Shown here: in pieces, positions 40,807-53,823 of the stretch
Numbering within the stretch: position 1 is the stretch's first letter
Layout of the letters: each line of letters starts with the position of its first letter
Origin: Eledone cirrhosa
Taxonomy: Eukaryota
Reading direction: 5' to 3'
Length of the DNA stretch: 64,000 nucleotides
Assembly (NCBI GenBank): GCA_964016885.1
Contig: OZ024746.1
Location: 62,310,001 to 62,374,000 of the forward strand
Made by a program: the position numbers and the translations under genes
Notes under the pieces: model-generated
Seen by the model: only the letters and a program-made list of their open reading frames with translations
What the model was told of the DNA's origin: nothing
The model's database searches: none

Positions 40807-40986
40807 ATAATTGTTTCTAATTTTTTGGCACAAGACCAGCAATTAACCAGTACATTACTGGTACTTTATTTTATTGACCCCGTATGGATGAAAGGCAAAG
40901 TTAACCTCGGCGGGATTTGAACTCAGATCGTAAAGGGACGTAACTATGCTGGAAAGCATGTTCCACCCTCTATCGATACTGCCAAT
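40807..40986 (-). mobile_element. Major-family SINE about 22 nt downstream of an exon donor
   Basis: A-box-like TGGCAGTATCGA and B-box GAGTTCAAATCCCG on the minus strand. Confidence 0.85.
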
Positions 40987-41008
40987 AATGCAAAGTAGTT
41001 AGACTCAC

Positions 41009-41059
41009 CTGTATCACAGCCAGACTGAGCTAACCTTTTGCTTAAAAATGGGAAGAGAT
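41009..41059 (-). CDS. FOXN3: FoxN2/3 internal exon (51 nt): (H)LFPFLSKRLAQSGCDT(D)
   Basis: Strong acceptor (ttc)n-cag and donor CAG|gtgagt; phase 1-1. LFPFLSKRLA resembles the LFPYLSRRLA-type motif I recall from invertebrate FoxN2/3 (CHES-1-like) proteins. Confidence 0.85.
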
Positions 41060-41164
41060 CTGGAAGAAGAAGAAGAAGAAAAGGTTTTAATGAATTTACA
41101 CATCAACATTACTGCCAACAGCAATCAACATCATCTTTATCACAATCATTCTAAGAATACATAT

Positions 41165-41526
41165 CTAGACGCTAAACTCCGGCAGTTGCAGACTGCACAT
41201 CAACATGAGATATTTTACTCCCAAAAGTTTGATCACCAACAGCAGAGTTTAAAGAGCAAAGGTCAAGTCCAGTCCATAAGTTGACATTTGGCTGCCGACC
41301 TCTGCTTCTCTTACCAGCCAACTTTCCTTCTAGGCATAACTTACTCACATCTTTTGATATGACCATACAGCTTAAGCAATCTTGACATGACAACTGATGT
41401 GATTGGTCTAAGCCTAGCGATGTTGAGCAGCTCACTGATACAGATACGGTTGCTGAGCCACTTGCCAGTCATAAGTCTCATGATGTGGTTCTGGAATGTA
41501 GAGAGCTTCTGAAGTGACCTTATCAT
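41165..41526 (-). mobile_element. RTE-clade LINE 3' fragment
   Basis: KLSTFQNHIMRLMTG...LKLYGHIKR and LCLEGKLAGKRSRGRQP, the typical RTE C-terminus, with a frameshift. Confidence 0.75.
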
Positions 41527-41744
41527 CTAATTAACACAACTGGTAGGAAACTCGTATTCTACAAATACTTTCATCAATTTTTTCTTGATACCTCATCTTC
41601 ATTGATTTTTCTTGATCTACATTTCCACTAGCAAGGGTTGTACTAGTTTTACAGTGTAGGGGTGGTGTGGATAGAAGTGGGTGGGTGTTGGGGCATGGGG
41701 TGTATGAAAGGGGGTAAGTGGTTAAGAGGTGCCTACTAGATGTA

Positions 41745-41880
41745 TGTTTGAGTGTGTGCATGGAAAGGCGTGTCATCTGTATTACTGCATAACACCAAAG
41801 ATCGCGATCCTGTGTCATTGCAATTGTGCACGGGCAACTTTTATCACCTCATCCCAGGTCTTCCTGGGTCTCCTTATTTC
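41745..41880 (-). mobile_element. LINE (RTE-like) 3' terminal fragment
   Basis: RRPRKTWDEVIK...MTQDRDLWCYAV. Confidence 0.6.
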
Positions 41881-42764
41881 ATAACTTCCATCAATTTTGA
41901 TCGCCCTTTTCATTTATATAAATTTCATTATGTACTCCTGTTAACCCTTTATAGTTGGGTGTTTCAATTAATTTTCAAAACAAAGGATTTAGTATAATTT
42001 ACAATTTCAACATACAGACAGTTGTTTGGAACATAACAAAAGGGTCTTGCATGAAACTACGATGAAAAGTTTTACTTCAAATATGAACATATTAAAACAG
42101 AGAATTTTGTATTATGAAATAAGAGGCAGTGTCAGGTGAGCACATGCAGTGATTCTTACTGAAACAAACCATGAGTCAATTTTATTCCTTCTATTTACCT
42201 GATTAGTATTGGAAGCCTGGAAAAGGGTCATGGGTGTCATCCTTCAGGACAGATAAGGACCAGATGCTGTTGTTAAACAACAGACCAAACTTCACTAGAG
42301 GACAGACAAGGGCCAGGTGCTGATGCTAAACCATGTTCTGTGCTAGACCCACCACATGATGTGCAAATATATTCTTAATTTACAGAATTTAAGAGTTCGA
42401 ACTTTAATTATGAATACTTTATCATTAGTAAGATCATGCTAAGAGCACAAAGTACCTACACATATACACATGTTTGTGATACAATAACATGTGCCCAGTC
42501 TATGCTATAAAGTGGTTGGGCAGCTTAAAAACCAGACCCCAAAAGAAGAAACAAAGAGAAACCAAAGGAAAATAATGAAACAAAACTTATGAGTTAACCT
42601 TCTAAATGTATTCATGAAAACAAATATATTTTGTCCTAAAAGGATCTCTAATAATTTTATAGGCTACAGTAGAAAACACTAACTCAAGGTGCTATACAGT
42701 AAGATCAAATATAGAGGCAAGGGCTGCTAAATGAACACCTTAACCACATAACATATGTATATGG

Positions 42765-42858
<94 letters not shown>

Positions 42859-43001
42859 GAGTATATGTTGGTTGTATACCAACACCTCAGTATGCAGGCT
42901 GGAGCACTCGACGAAGTACGCAGGTTGGTTTGGTTACTCCAGAGTAATGTAAAATAAAGTAAAATAAAAAGTCAAATGTTTAAAATTTAGCTTCGTTTAT
43001 T

Positions 43002-43056
43002 ACTGCTATATATATTTCGGTGACAGCCATCTTTGGCTGTGACCTCTTCAGGCAGT
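43002..43056 (-). ncRNA. Minimal type I hammerhead ribozyme, family A (sense to FoxN2/3 pre-mRNA)
   Basis: Exact reverse complement of 43287-43341. Confidence 0.75.
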
Positions 43057-43286
43057 TTGAATTAGTATGGTATAGACAAGTACATATGTTGTTAAGGTGT
43101 ATGATATTGTCAATACTCTGATATGCCCAGTTCCTGGTTGGGTTGTTATTTCACTGAGGAACTGGAATCATATGATTCCAGTTCCTCAGAGAAATAACAA
43201 CCCAACCAAGAACTGGGCATATCAGAGTATTGACAAAATTATACACCTAAACAACATATGTACTTGTCTATACCATACTAATTCAA

Positions 43287-43341
43287 ACTGCCTGAAGAGG
43301 TCACAGCCAAAGATGGCTGTCACCGAAATATATATAGCAGT
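43287..43341 (+). ncRNA. Minimal type I hammerhead ribozyme, family A
   Basis: ACTGC-CTGAAGA-GGTCACAGCCA-AAGA-TGGCTGTCACC-GAAA-TATATA-TA-GCAGT: 5-bp stem I, CUGANGA core, stem II closed by G10.1-C11.1, GAAA, palindromic minimal stem III and a UA cleavage site. Confidence 0.8.
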
Positions 43342-43509
43342 AATAAACGAAGCTAAATTTATAAACATTTGACTTTTTATTTTACAGAGAGAGAGGAAAA
43401 GAGTCAGGACCCCGACAGCTGAGCTCAGCCTGATTCTTTTCCTATTACCCACTCTACTACCCTAAGTACTCTGATGTATTATGGTCCACCTGGTATCTTA
43501 CCACACCCT

Positions 43510-43567
<58 letters not shown>

Positions 43568-43949
43568 GTTTGTACACACAAACACACAGGGGTTGCAGAA
43601 AATAGTAATGAATATATGATGTTGAGTGTATTCATGTGTTCAATTTATATGACTTTTCTTTTAATGGATACATGGGAGTGATTATTTATTATTTGAAGCA
43701 ATCGATTTTACAGCTGGATGCTCTTACTATTGAAAATCACTCAACTGTGAAGTAGGAATTGACCTTTTTTTTTTTTCTCTCTCTCTTTGAAGTCAAGCAA
43801 AGGTACCTTGCTATGAAAAAGCAGCGCAGTGAATGGTTAAAGATTTCAATTTTAGTTGTGTACCTTCACTCCACTGCTATTGTGTCACATCAATTACATG
43901 AGAAAATTATTGTTGTAATAATTAAAATAGAATTAATTGGCACACTTAC

Positions 43950-44008
43950 GAGAAAGTGAAAGGCTGTTAGGGCTAAATTTAGGGGCCAGTGGAACGGGTT
44001 TCACATTG
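43950..44008 (-). CDS. FOXN3: FoxN2/3 internal exon (59 nt): (S)NVKPVPLAPKFSPNSLSLS(H)
   Basis: Acceptor tttctctcattgcag and donor C|gtaagt. Phase 2 in and phase 1 out, open, and joins the next exon to give ...SLSHLFPFLSKRLA. Confidence 0.8.
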
Positions 44009-44092
44009 CTGCAATGAGAGAAATGAATACAATGTTAGTTACAAAACATCAAAAGAAAATAGTCAATTTCAAAAATGTAATAATAATAATAA

Positions 44093-44505
44093 TAATTGTT
44101 TCTACTTTTGGCACAAGGCCAGCAATTACCCAGTACATTACTGGTAAATAATTGTTTCTAATTTAGGCGCAAGGCCAACATTTTTTTTGAGAGGGGGGAA
44201 AGTTGATTAAATCGACCCCAGTGCGTTACTGGTGCTATACTTTAGTGACCCCCGTAAGGATGAAAGGCAAAGCTAAACTTGGCAGGATTTGAACTCGGGG
44301 CGTAAAGAGCCCTAACTTTATGCCGTGAAGCATAGTGTCCGACGCTCTACGGGTTCTACTAATCCACTGCCCTATATTATATTGACCCCAGTACATAACT
44401 GGTATTTATTTTTATCAACCCTGGAAGGATGAAAGGCAAAGTTGACCTCGACAGGATTTGAACAACTAAGCATTTGTCCGACATTCTAACAACTTTGCCA
44501 ATCCA
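44093..44505 (-). mobile_element. Cluster of three major-family SINE copies or fragments
   Basis: Tail motif at about 44110 and 44165; B-box regions at about 44285 and 44455. Confidence 0.8.
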
Positions 44506-45304
44506 ATAGTAACGTGTTTTTATATTATTAAGCAGAAAGAGTTCATAAAAATCACATTAAGGACAGTACAATATGATACAGACTGGTTTTGTGTAAACAT
44601 GTAAAAAGGGGGTGGGGAAATGTGCAACAATAAAATGGAACACACAAAATTCTCCAATAAGGGGGAAATTTCCAAAGGCTACTCCTCAAAAAAATTCACA
44701 AAAGGCTACAGTCACCCTGTCCATTAAGGCAAGTGCTTTCTTCCAATATATGCGTGAGTGAGTGTGTGTGAGTGTTTGTGGTCAGCAAATCAATGTTTCC
44801 ACAGCCATTGTATGTATCGATTGACTTTGAAGATAAAACAAGCCAAAGAAAGTAAAGAGCATGACTGAGATATTTCTGCTAACAAAAGAAACTTTCTTGT
44901 TATGATTGTAAGCCATAAACTAAATAGATTTAAGTAAAGAAATTTCATGTTAGGTGCAAATATCACAAAAAAAATACTATTGAGCTATACAATCCTACCA
45001 ACTTGCATACCTCAGCTTTAGTCATAGCTGTACTCTTCAACATGAAATAGATTGCTGTTCTATTTCACACAAAAACTTCCTAGTGTGAATTATTATTATT
45101 ATTATTATTATTATTGCATTCTATTTTGTTTTTCTAATCTGATATGACCTCTGCCTAAGAGTTCAATTCATTGGTGTTGGTATTTATTTTCCTTTATGAG
45201 ACTTAGGTAAAAACAAAAAAAAAACATTAAATATCAGCATGGGCAGCTACTATGGAACTGAGGTAAGTGAATTCGTTGGATTGATTGTACATCCTAGATA
45301 TAAT

Positions 45305-45497
45305 TGTTTCTACTTTTGGCACAAGGCCAGCAATTACCCAGTGCATTACTGGTACTTTATTTTATCGACCCCGTAAGGATGAAAGGCAAAGTTAACTTCG
45401 GCGGGATTTGAATACAGAATGGCAAGGGCCGTAACTCTATGCGTCAAAGCATGGCGGCCGACCTTCTACCGACACTGCCAATCCACCGCCTTATATA
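45305..45497 (-). mobile_element. Young full-length major-family SINE with 14-bp TSD
   Basis: ATCCTAGATATAAT at 45291-45304 and 45498-45511. Confidence 0.9.
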
Positions 45498-47179
45498 ATC
45501 CTAGATATAATGAAGATGAACTGGTGAAGCATGAGTTTACTTTTAAAGGGAATTTGGCTGCTATTTCTTGCATTCTCATAGATACTCCCATATTAAGAGA
45601 AGATTCATGGTGATGGTGGAGGAGATAAGTGAAGACAAGTGAAGAGCCAAGTAAAGAAAAAAAAAAGAAAAAAAGGCTTGGGGGTATATGAAAGTAATCA
45701 AAAGCAAGAGAGGAAATATACAGTGAAAAACTACTTTTTGGTATTGGGTGTATTTTTCAACCAAGAAGAGAACTGTGAAAGTCAAAATGACATTTGATGT
45801 GGATAAAAGAAACAGCACAAGAACCCACAAAAATGTATAGATTGCCTCAGTCTAGTTACATGTGTGTGTCTGGAGGAGAGGGGGTAACTTTATATAAAAA
45901 AATATCGTTGCAAGTATGTGACAAAAATAGGAAAAAGTTCTTTGATAAAAAGGGGAGAAGCTCTTGAAATGAGCGATTAAAAAAATAAAACGATAGTGTG
46001 TGTGTGTGTGTACATGTGCATGTGTTTATGTTCCTCTTAAGAGATAAAGAAAGTGTTTATGTGTGAAAGTAAGTGTGTGTGGTGTGTGGTGCGTGTGTGT
46101 CTGCATGCTCAGATTCTACAAACAATCTGTCTGTGTAAGCAGTTGTAATATTTTTCAGTATGTGCAGACATACCCTTTTTATTAAAAGAAAAAAAAGAAA
46201 AACATTGTATCTGACTGCAAGTGTATAGTCCTTTGAGAGGATGTGCATGTTGTTGAGTGCTTGCATGTGAATAATGCATGTGTGTGTGTGTGTTCTTTAA
46301 ATACATTATATGCATTTATCCATTATTACACACATTCTGTGTGTGCATGTGTAATTGTGCATCCACTGTATGCACATACAATTATTACATTGCATGCATA
46401 CATACATATCCTTAGTGTATACTTTGTGTGTGCTTAAGTGTGTGAGTATGTGTCTTATGTGAGCCGGGGATAGCAAACTAAACCATAATGCCTGTATGTG
46501 TGTGTGGATGGAGCACAACATGCAATGAGCAATTTAAAAAAAAAAGTTAACCAAAAAATTATATTAAACAAAACAGACAATATATAGATAAAAACACAGC
46601 AAAAATGCGTAGAATACAGAAGAAATAAAATGCAATGTAAAATAAAATAAATAAAATAAGGAACACAATAAATAATAATAATATACAATAGAATGAAATA
46701 AAATATAATGTAGAGGAAAATATAATATATACAGTGTAGAAGTGAATAAAATAAATGGAATGTAGAAGAGAATAAATAAATAAAATAGAATGTGGTAATA
46801 GAATAAAATAGGATATAGAATAATATGAAGAGGATATGATAAAATAAATAGGATATGAGGAGACGAAATCAAATAAACAATGTCAGTGATATAATTTAAG
46901 AAACAAACAATTCTTTGTTTTCAAATGTTGAAATTCTTTCTTGCACAATGTGAATAACAACTTGTGTGCATTTGTGTATGATAGGTAGGATATTATCTGA
47001 CAAAACAGCAATGATAATATCCAGCATAGAAGAACAATACAAGATAGTATAAAGAAGATAATTGAAAACCATAATTTCAGTAAACGAAAAGTCATTGAAT
47101 TAAGGTCAACAACTTGATTATTTATTTATCAATTTATTTCTTTGTTATATTTTATATCACTATTGATGAACAATAACGT

Positions 47180-47640
47180 CATTGGTTACAGTTAACTGGT
47201 TCAACTCATTACTGGCTGTGAGATTGACAACGGGAGTATCTGTAACTCGGTGCAGAACAAATATCACAAAGGACTTTTTGAAGAGCATTGTTTTTTTCAG
47301 TTTTCTCATTGGTTACAGCTTACTGGTTCACCTTATTACTGGCTGTGAGAATGACATAGGAGTATCTATAACTCTGTGAAGAACAAATATTACAAAGGAC
47401 TTTTTGAAGAGCATTGGTTTACTGGTTCAACTCATTACTGGCTGTGAGAATGACATAGGAGTATATGTAACTCAGCACAGAACAAATATCACTAAGGATT
47501 TTTTTAAGAGCATTGGTTTTTCAGTGTTCTCATTGGTTTACAGCTTACTGGTTCACCTTATTACTGGCTGTGAGAATGACATAGGAGTATATGTAACTCA
47601 GTACAGAACAAATATCACAAAGAACTTTTTGAAGAGTTTG
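47180..47640. repeat. Tandem repeat, about 100-130-bp unit x 4
   Basis: TTACTGGCTGTGAGAATGACATAGGAGTAT...AGAACAAATATCAC...TTTTTGAAGAGCATTG units. Confidence 0.9.
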
Positions 47641-48025
47641 TAAAATGAATTATGTAGATAACTCAAGTTTTGCTATTTAGTTGAAACATGCTGAGAGGCC
47701 AAAAGAAATAAGATGTTGCTAACTGGACTGGTCAAGTGGTGTAAGTACTGCTAACAATGTTAATCAAGATAACAGAACCATTAAAAGCTACTTTTCCCAA
47801 GTGAAGAATATAAGATGTTGATACTAGATACTACCTAGTATTAACGGCACATTTTCAATGTTGAGAGATAAATTGCAAATAGTTAAATACTGGCTAATAT
47901 ACTTAATGTAATGAGCTAAAATGTATTTTTAATCAATTTAAATTACACAAGTAATCAGAAGTTATTAGTATTAATGCCAATTCTTGTGAAAAGGATGAAG
48001 GGAGTAAACTATGAAATTTAGATTG

Positions 48026-48259
48026 ATTAACCCATTAGCATTTAAACCAGCAGTATCTGGCCAGAATCCTCTCACCTCTTTCTGTCTGTTCAAACCAGCC
48101 ATAACCAGTCGCTTATACCAATGTTAAGGTATTGTTCTCAAAACAAATAATATCAAAATCTCATACATTCGATATTATGTGAGATAATTATGTAAGATAA
48201 AGGCTATACCATGAAAATACAATAGTATATATAGAATAATGTAAATGCTAAAAGGTTAA
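48026..48259 (+). mobile_element. piggyBac-type MITE family A
   Basis: TTAACCCATTAGCATTT...AAATGCTAAAAGGTTAA. Confidence 0.8.
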
Positions 48260-48504
48260 AAATGGGAGCTATGCAATAGAGAAGGAATCTGATCATGAAA
48301 ACCAAAAACAAATATACCAACTACCAACAAATATTTTAACGCCATTTCCCTTGCAAGGGTTATCTATACAGGCACCATGGTAGACTTCATACTGATCATA
48401 GGGTCATTTTTGAAACAATGTTTTACAGCCAGATACAAAATAATCACTAAAATTAAGAAGGTGAATATTGCTGTACAATGAGCTAAAGTGGGGACAAATG
48501 TTTT

Positions 48505-48775
48505 CATGGTGACATGATAAAATGCACCCAGCCCACTGCGTAAAGTGGTAGTGCTGGTGATATGATAAAATACACCCAGCTCACTCTGTAAAGTGGTAGT
48601 GCTGGTGACATGATAAAATGCACTAAGTCCACTGTGTAAAGTGGTAGTGCTGGTACTATGGAAAAAAGCACCCAGTCCATCCTGTCAGGTGTTAGAGGTG
48701 GTGCTACAAGAAAACAAATCCAGTACACACTGTGAAGGGGTTGGCATTAGGAAGGGCTTCCAGCTGTAGAAACTA
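48505..48775 (+). repeat. About 49-bp tandem expansion of an internal module of the second SINE family
   Basis: AAA(T/A)GCACCCAG..CACTGT.AAAGTGG units ending in GGCATTAGGAAGGGC.TCCAGCTGTAGAAA, as in 16620-16730. Confidence 0.75.
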
Positions 48776-48821
48776 CACCAAAGATGGTTTTAATAAGGAT
48801 TCCATAAAAGTAATAAATTAT

Positions 48822-49213
48822 AATAATTGTTTCTAATTTTGGCACAAGGCCAGCAATTACCCCAGTGCATTACTGGCACTTTATTTTATCGACCCCATAA
48901 GGATGAAAAGCAAAGTTAACCTTGGCGGGATTTGAACTCAGACCATAAAGGGGCGTAACTCTATGTTGCAAAGCACAGTGCCCAACCCTCTACCGATACT
49001 GCCAATTCACCGCCCTTTCTAAATTATTACTAGAGTAATAATTGTTTCTACTTTTGGCACAAGGCCAGCAATTATCCCAGTGCATTACTGGTACTTTATT
49101 TTATCCACCCCGTAAGGATGAAAGGCAAAGTTAACCTTGGCGGGATTTGAACTCAGAATGGCAAGGGCCGTAACTCTATGTGTCAAAGCATGGTGTCTGA
49201 CCCTCTACCGATA
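48822..49213 (-). mobile_element. Two tandem major-family SINE copies
   Basis: Two near-consensus copies whose tails start at about 48822 and 49038. Confidence 0.85.
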
Positions 49214-49525
49214 CGAAGGCGATGATGATTTCAAACACAAATGAAATTTGGGGAGGTAGAAAAAGTCAATTATGATGGTTCTAGTACTTAAATAAAACTT
49301 ATTTTATCGACCATGAAAGACCAAAAAGTAGAGTTCATCTTCATTTGTGTTCAGACTGTAACTAAATACAGCTAAACATATTTAGAAGTTTAGCACATGA
49401 CAACTTCTGCTAATCCACCTAATTACTTCTGCTGGCACAAGGCCAAACATAATACAAACATTGGGTGTGTGGTAGGAGAGAGGGAGGTGTAGTCTATTTA
49501 ATTGATTTCACCTCTTGATTAATAC

Positions 49526-49822
49526 TCTAACAATCCAGGAAGGAAAGTGAAAGGGTCATGTCCAACCCCTAACAATCCTGGAGGGAGAATGAAAGGGTCA
49601 TGTTGAACCCCAAACAATCCAGGAGGGAGAATGAAAGGGTCATGCTAAACCCCTAACAAACCAGGAGGGAGAATGTATGGGTCATATCAAATCCCTAACA
49701 AACTAGGAGGGAGAATATAAGGGTCATATCAAACCCCTAACAAACCAGGAGGGAGAATGTAAGGGTCATATCAAACCCCTAACAAATCAAGAAGGAGAAT
49801 GTAAGGGTCATATCAAACCTTC
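49526..49822. repeat. Tandem repeat, about 43-bp unit x about 7, expanded inside a SINE central box
   Basis: AACCCCTAACAAACCAGGAGGGAGAATG(A/T)AAGGGTCAT units, followed by GAACTCAGAAC. Confidence 0.8.
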
Positions 49823-50235
49823 TAGAATGTGAACTCAGAACATGAAGAGCACCTAATAATAAATACATTTATTTTAGCCCCACAACAGCAACAACAACAA
49901 GGCAGGTTAGCATTATTTCATTTTTGGCCCACTGTGACTCTCATCCAAGACATAATGGCATTTTTGAGTCCTTGGATTGGAGACCAAAGGCAGGTATCAA
50001 AATATTTGCAACAATGGCCAAGTGGTGGTGTTAAACAAAGCAATAAATTCTATCTATAGAGCCAACAAGTCAACTCCTAGCTCAGGGTAGATAGGGCTAC
50101 CTAGGGTAAATGAACTTTTGAGCCAAAACCTGACATTTGTATAAGAAATACAATAAAATACAACTTGCATATAGTCTTTATTGTGTATTTTACATTCTGC
50201 CATCTGATTTATTTATTTACATATTTTCACTGAGT

Positions 50236-50444
50236 TTAACCCATTCACATTACTTTATATATACTATTATATTTTCATGATAAAGTCTTTACCTCACATA
50301 ATATCGAATCTATGAGGTTTTGAAAGTATTTATTTTGAGAACAATACCTTAACATCAGTTTGAGCAGCCAGTTACAGCCAGTTTCAACAGAAAGAGGTAG
50401 AGAATTCTGGCCGGTTTTGGCTGGTTTGAACACTAAAGGGTTAA
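50236..50444 (-). mobile_element. piggyBac-type MITE family A
   Basis: TTAACCC...CACTAAAGGGTTAA; very similar to 53892-54098. Confidence 0.8.
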
Positions 50445-51734
50445 TGAAAGGTGAGGGATTCCATAAAGGGGTCTAAAAGAGTTTGAGGTCTTTGCTTAAC
50501 ATTGTTGCTCACCTTGCTAATAGCAACCAAACCTCTTTGAAATTAAAATCTACCCCACTTGTCTTGAAAACAGAAACACATTTGATAATATCACCCAAGA
50601 TACACAATGCCTAGAAGGATGTGATAGCTGTAGAACTAAATACATACACAAATATATATATATATATTACACACAAGAAGAAAACATACAATCTTCCACA
50701 AGCAACACAACCACAAACAACAACAACAACAGCAGCAACATAACAGACAACAAGATAATTCTAGTAGTTGGTGACTGTAAAACTTGTATTTAACCCAATA
50801 ATACCATTGATTTCCTGTGTTGTCATAGCACCCAAAAACCTTTCCTACATGTAACGGCTGCAACCATGAGCTGCAGAGTGGTCGCTCGACTTGTTAGAAA
50901 CAACAGCCAAATCTTCCCCAGAACACATTCTACTGTCTTAGAAATAAAAACAGTAGAACATATTGATTCATATAGTCATTGGATATATTGTTTGAATAAA
51001 AAAAATGTGATGGCCATGGCAGTAACGTCTGTATATTATGTCTGTTTAATCATTGTTTGGCTTGGGGCAAAAAAATAACCACATAATCACACATAATCCA
51101 TACAGTCAAACACAGATATATAATCACATACAACCTATTAAATACCACACACAATTGCACATATACACACAACCACAAAATCCATCACAGTTCACACACA
51201 CACAATTGCACATACACACACAACCACACATAACCCAATGCTGACCACACACACAAACACAGGTACACACACACAAACATACATAAACACACACACAAAC
51301 AAACACAGGTACACACACAAACATACACAACCACACTCACACATAACTTAATGCATCACAGGCCACACACACACTCACAACCTAATGCAGACTACAAACA
51401 CATACATGCATAACCTAACACCGACTACACACAAGTTAATGCAGACTACACAGAATTACACACTAACACAGGCACATACAATCACACACAATACTACAAC
51501 AGTGTTTGGACTTTTCTAAGCAATTTAGCTTTAGCAGGTTACCATAGAGACTCAGCTAAATTTAGAATCATATTTCATTGACTCTCCTCTTCCTCTCCCC
51601 AACCCCCCCTCCTCCTACTACTACTACTACTCTCTAGTTTACACATTTGTCATCTAATTGATAGAAATTCTATAACTAACAATATGGCACTGCGGCACAA
51701 TACTGTTGTGACAATACCACCATCACTATGTGGC

Positions 51735-52155
51735 TAACAGACAGACACTATGTCTCTACTATATAACAGTTACTATAGTGAGTGAGTGACTATCAGGCAC
51801 TATGTCTCTACTATGAGTGAGTGAGTGACTAACAGACAGACACTGTGTGTACTATATAACAGTTACTATGGTGAGCTTGAGTGAGTGACAAACAGACACT
51901 ATGTCTCTACTATATAACAGTTACTATGGTGAGTGAGCGACTAACAGGTACTATGTCTCTACTATATAACAGTTACTATGGTGAGTGAGTGACTAACAGA
52001 CAGACCCTATGTATGTACTATATAACAGTTACTATGGTCAGTTTGAATGAGTGACTAACAGACAGACCCTATGTATGTACTATATAACAGTTACTATGGT
52101 GATTGAGTGACTAACAGGTACTATGTCTCTACTATATAACAGACAGACACTATGT
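51735..52155. repeat. Tandem repeat, about 50-60-bp unit x about 8
   Basis: ACTATGTCTCTACTATATAACAGTTACTATGGTGAGTGAGTGACTAACAG units. Confidence 0.9.
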
Positions 52156-52869
52156 ATGAGTGTGTGTGTGCGTGTGTGTGTTTGAGTGTGTGTTTGAGTG
52201 TGTTTGAGTGTGTGTGTGTGTGTGTACTATTACTAGAAAAAATGCACTGATGTCAACAAATTTAGATATTCCATGATATATATACACATGCATATATATG
52301 TACACATACAAATATACACATATATGCAAACACATATCTGCACACAAGAACATATATATATATATATATGCACACACACAGTCATACATATAATATACAT
52401 ATGCACATGGCAAATACAAGAGACAAGTCTTCATGTATCAGTTATATTAGACCTCCTCAGTGAAGTATCTGAATCAGTGATGAGAGAATCACCAAGTAGA
52501 TGTACAATATCGTACATAATTAAGAGTAAAAAGGATTACTTAGAGATGCCATCCACATTAAAAAACATTTAGTTTAACATTGGTGATAACATTTAATGCA
52601 GTAATGCTTCACTGAGGATGTATAATAAGACTGAAATACACCCAGAGTAGTTTCCTGTATTTGTCAAAATAATTAAAATAGCATCCATCATTGAGCTAAG
52701 GTTGCCTTTTCCTAACAATCCTAAAAAGTATTTCTAATTAAATATGTCATACTCCTATTAAATATGTTAACACAAACTTAATTATTATTTTCTTTTGTTT
52801 TGTTTTTATGCTAATCGCATTTCCGAGTAATGATTAGACATCGCATCTATTTACATGTGTAAGACAGTA

Positions 52870-53323
52870 AATTGGAAGAGTCGTTAGAGGATCAGATTAA
52901 TTGTTTTGTGGTATCTATTCTAGATTTCTGCACTTTGAGTTCAAACCCCACCGAGGTTAACTTTGCCTTTTATCATTTTGGAGTTGATAAAACTAACCAG
53001 TCCAGGACTGTGGTTTGGTGGAATTGCCAGAGCATCAGATACCTTGCAGTATCTCTTTCAGCCCTTTATATTCTGAGTCTACCTGTAACATTACTAGTGC
53101 CAATCTGTATTGGTCCTTGCCTTTCTTTTGGACAACATCAGTGGAGAAAAGAGATGTGCATACATGTGAAACTGCTGTTCTTCCCCACCAAAAAAAAAAA
53201 CAACATTGTCGAGGACTGCATTTTGCAGAGGAACTTTCCAGGTATAGACTGCCCAGCCTAAGGTCAGCTATGACCAAAAGGAGGAGGGGGCATCCATTTA
53301 ACGATGATGATGATGATGATGAT
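52870..53323 (+). mobile_element. SINE with major-family head on the + strand and a distinct (GAT)n-ending tail
   Basis: GAGTTCAAACCCCACCGAGGTTAACTTTGCCTTTT...GATAAAA at about 52937-52991, a second partial head, then a tail ending TTAAC(GAT)n. Confidence 0.55.
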
Positions 53324-53823
53324 AGCTGCTTTAAAACACTTCAAGAATAGTTAATTAATTTTTATATATCCAGCTTTAATCATCCCCATGTTATGATGTC
53401 ATGATAGAAGGTACATGACCATGGTACCATGTTGTTTGCTAAGTGAATTCCTTATACAATTAGCCAAGTCTGCAGACATTGTCTAGAAAACTAAACTGAA
53501 GTAATTATAGCAAAATGAATAATGCCAATTATATAGATAATTGTTTGCCATCATCATTAATATTGCTGGCTACCAGGAGTGATAAGTATTTTAGTATAGT
53601 ATATAAAATAATTAATGGTGATTAATTATATGGCTAATTGAAAATGTTGATCAACTGTAAGTAAATTTTAATAGAAGTAATTAAACCTAGTGATACTTGA
53701 GCCTTTGTCTAACACATAGCAATATCTTCATAGATGAGGAGGCTGATCAATAAAAGGGATCCAGGGTGCTAGAGATGTCAGCAAAAAAGAAAGAGGGGGT
53801 GGGGGTGGTTCCCTAGTCCTAAC

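Larger units (their letters stand above)
42959..43385. repeat. 427-bp near-perfect palindrome with a hammerhead in each arm (Penelope pLTR-like inverted repeat)
   Basis: Arms of about 213 bp centred on GGAATCAT|ATGATTCC (43171/43172), no spacer, about 5 mismatches and 1 indel by eye. Confidence 0.95.

Noticed and set aside
45305-45497. tRNA gene suggested by A- and B-box motifs
   Set aside because: No cloverleaf; it is the head of a multi-copy SINE with a TSD.
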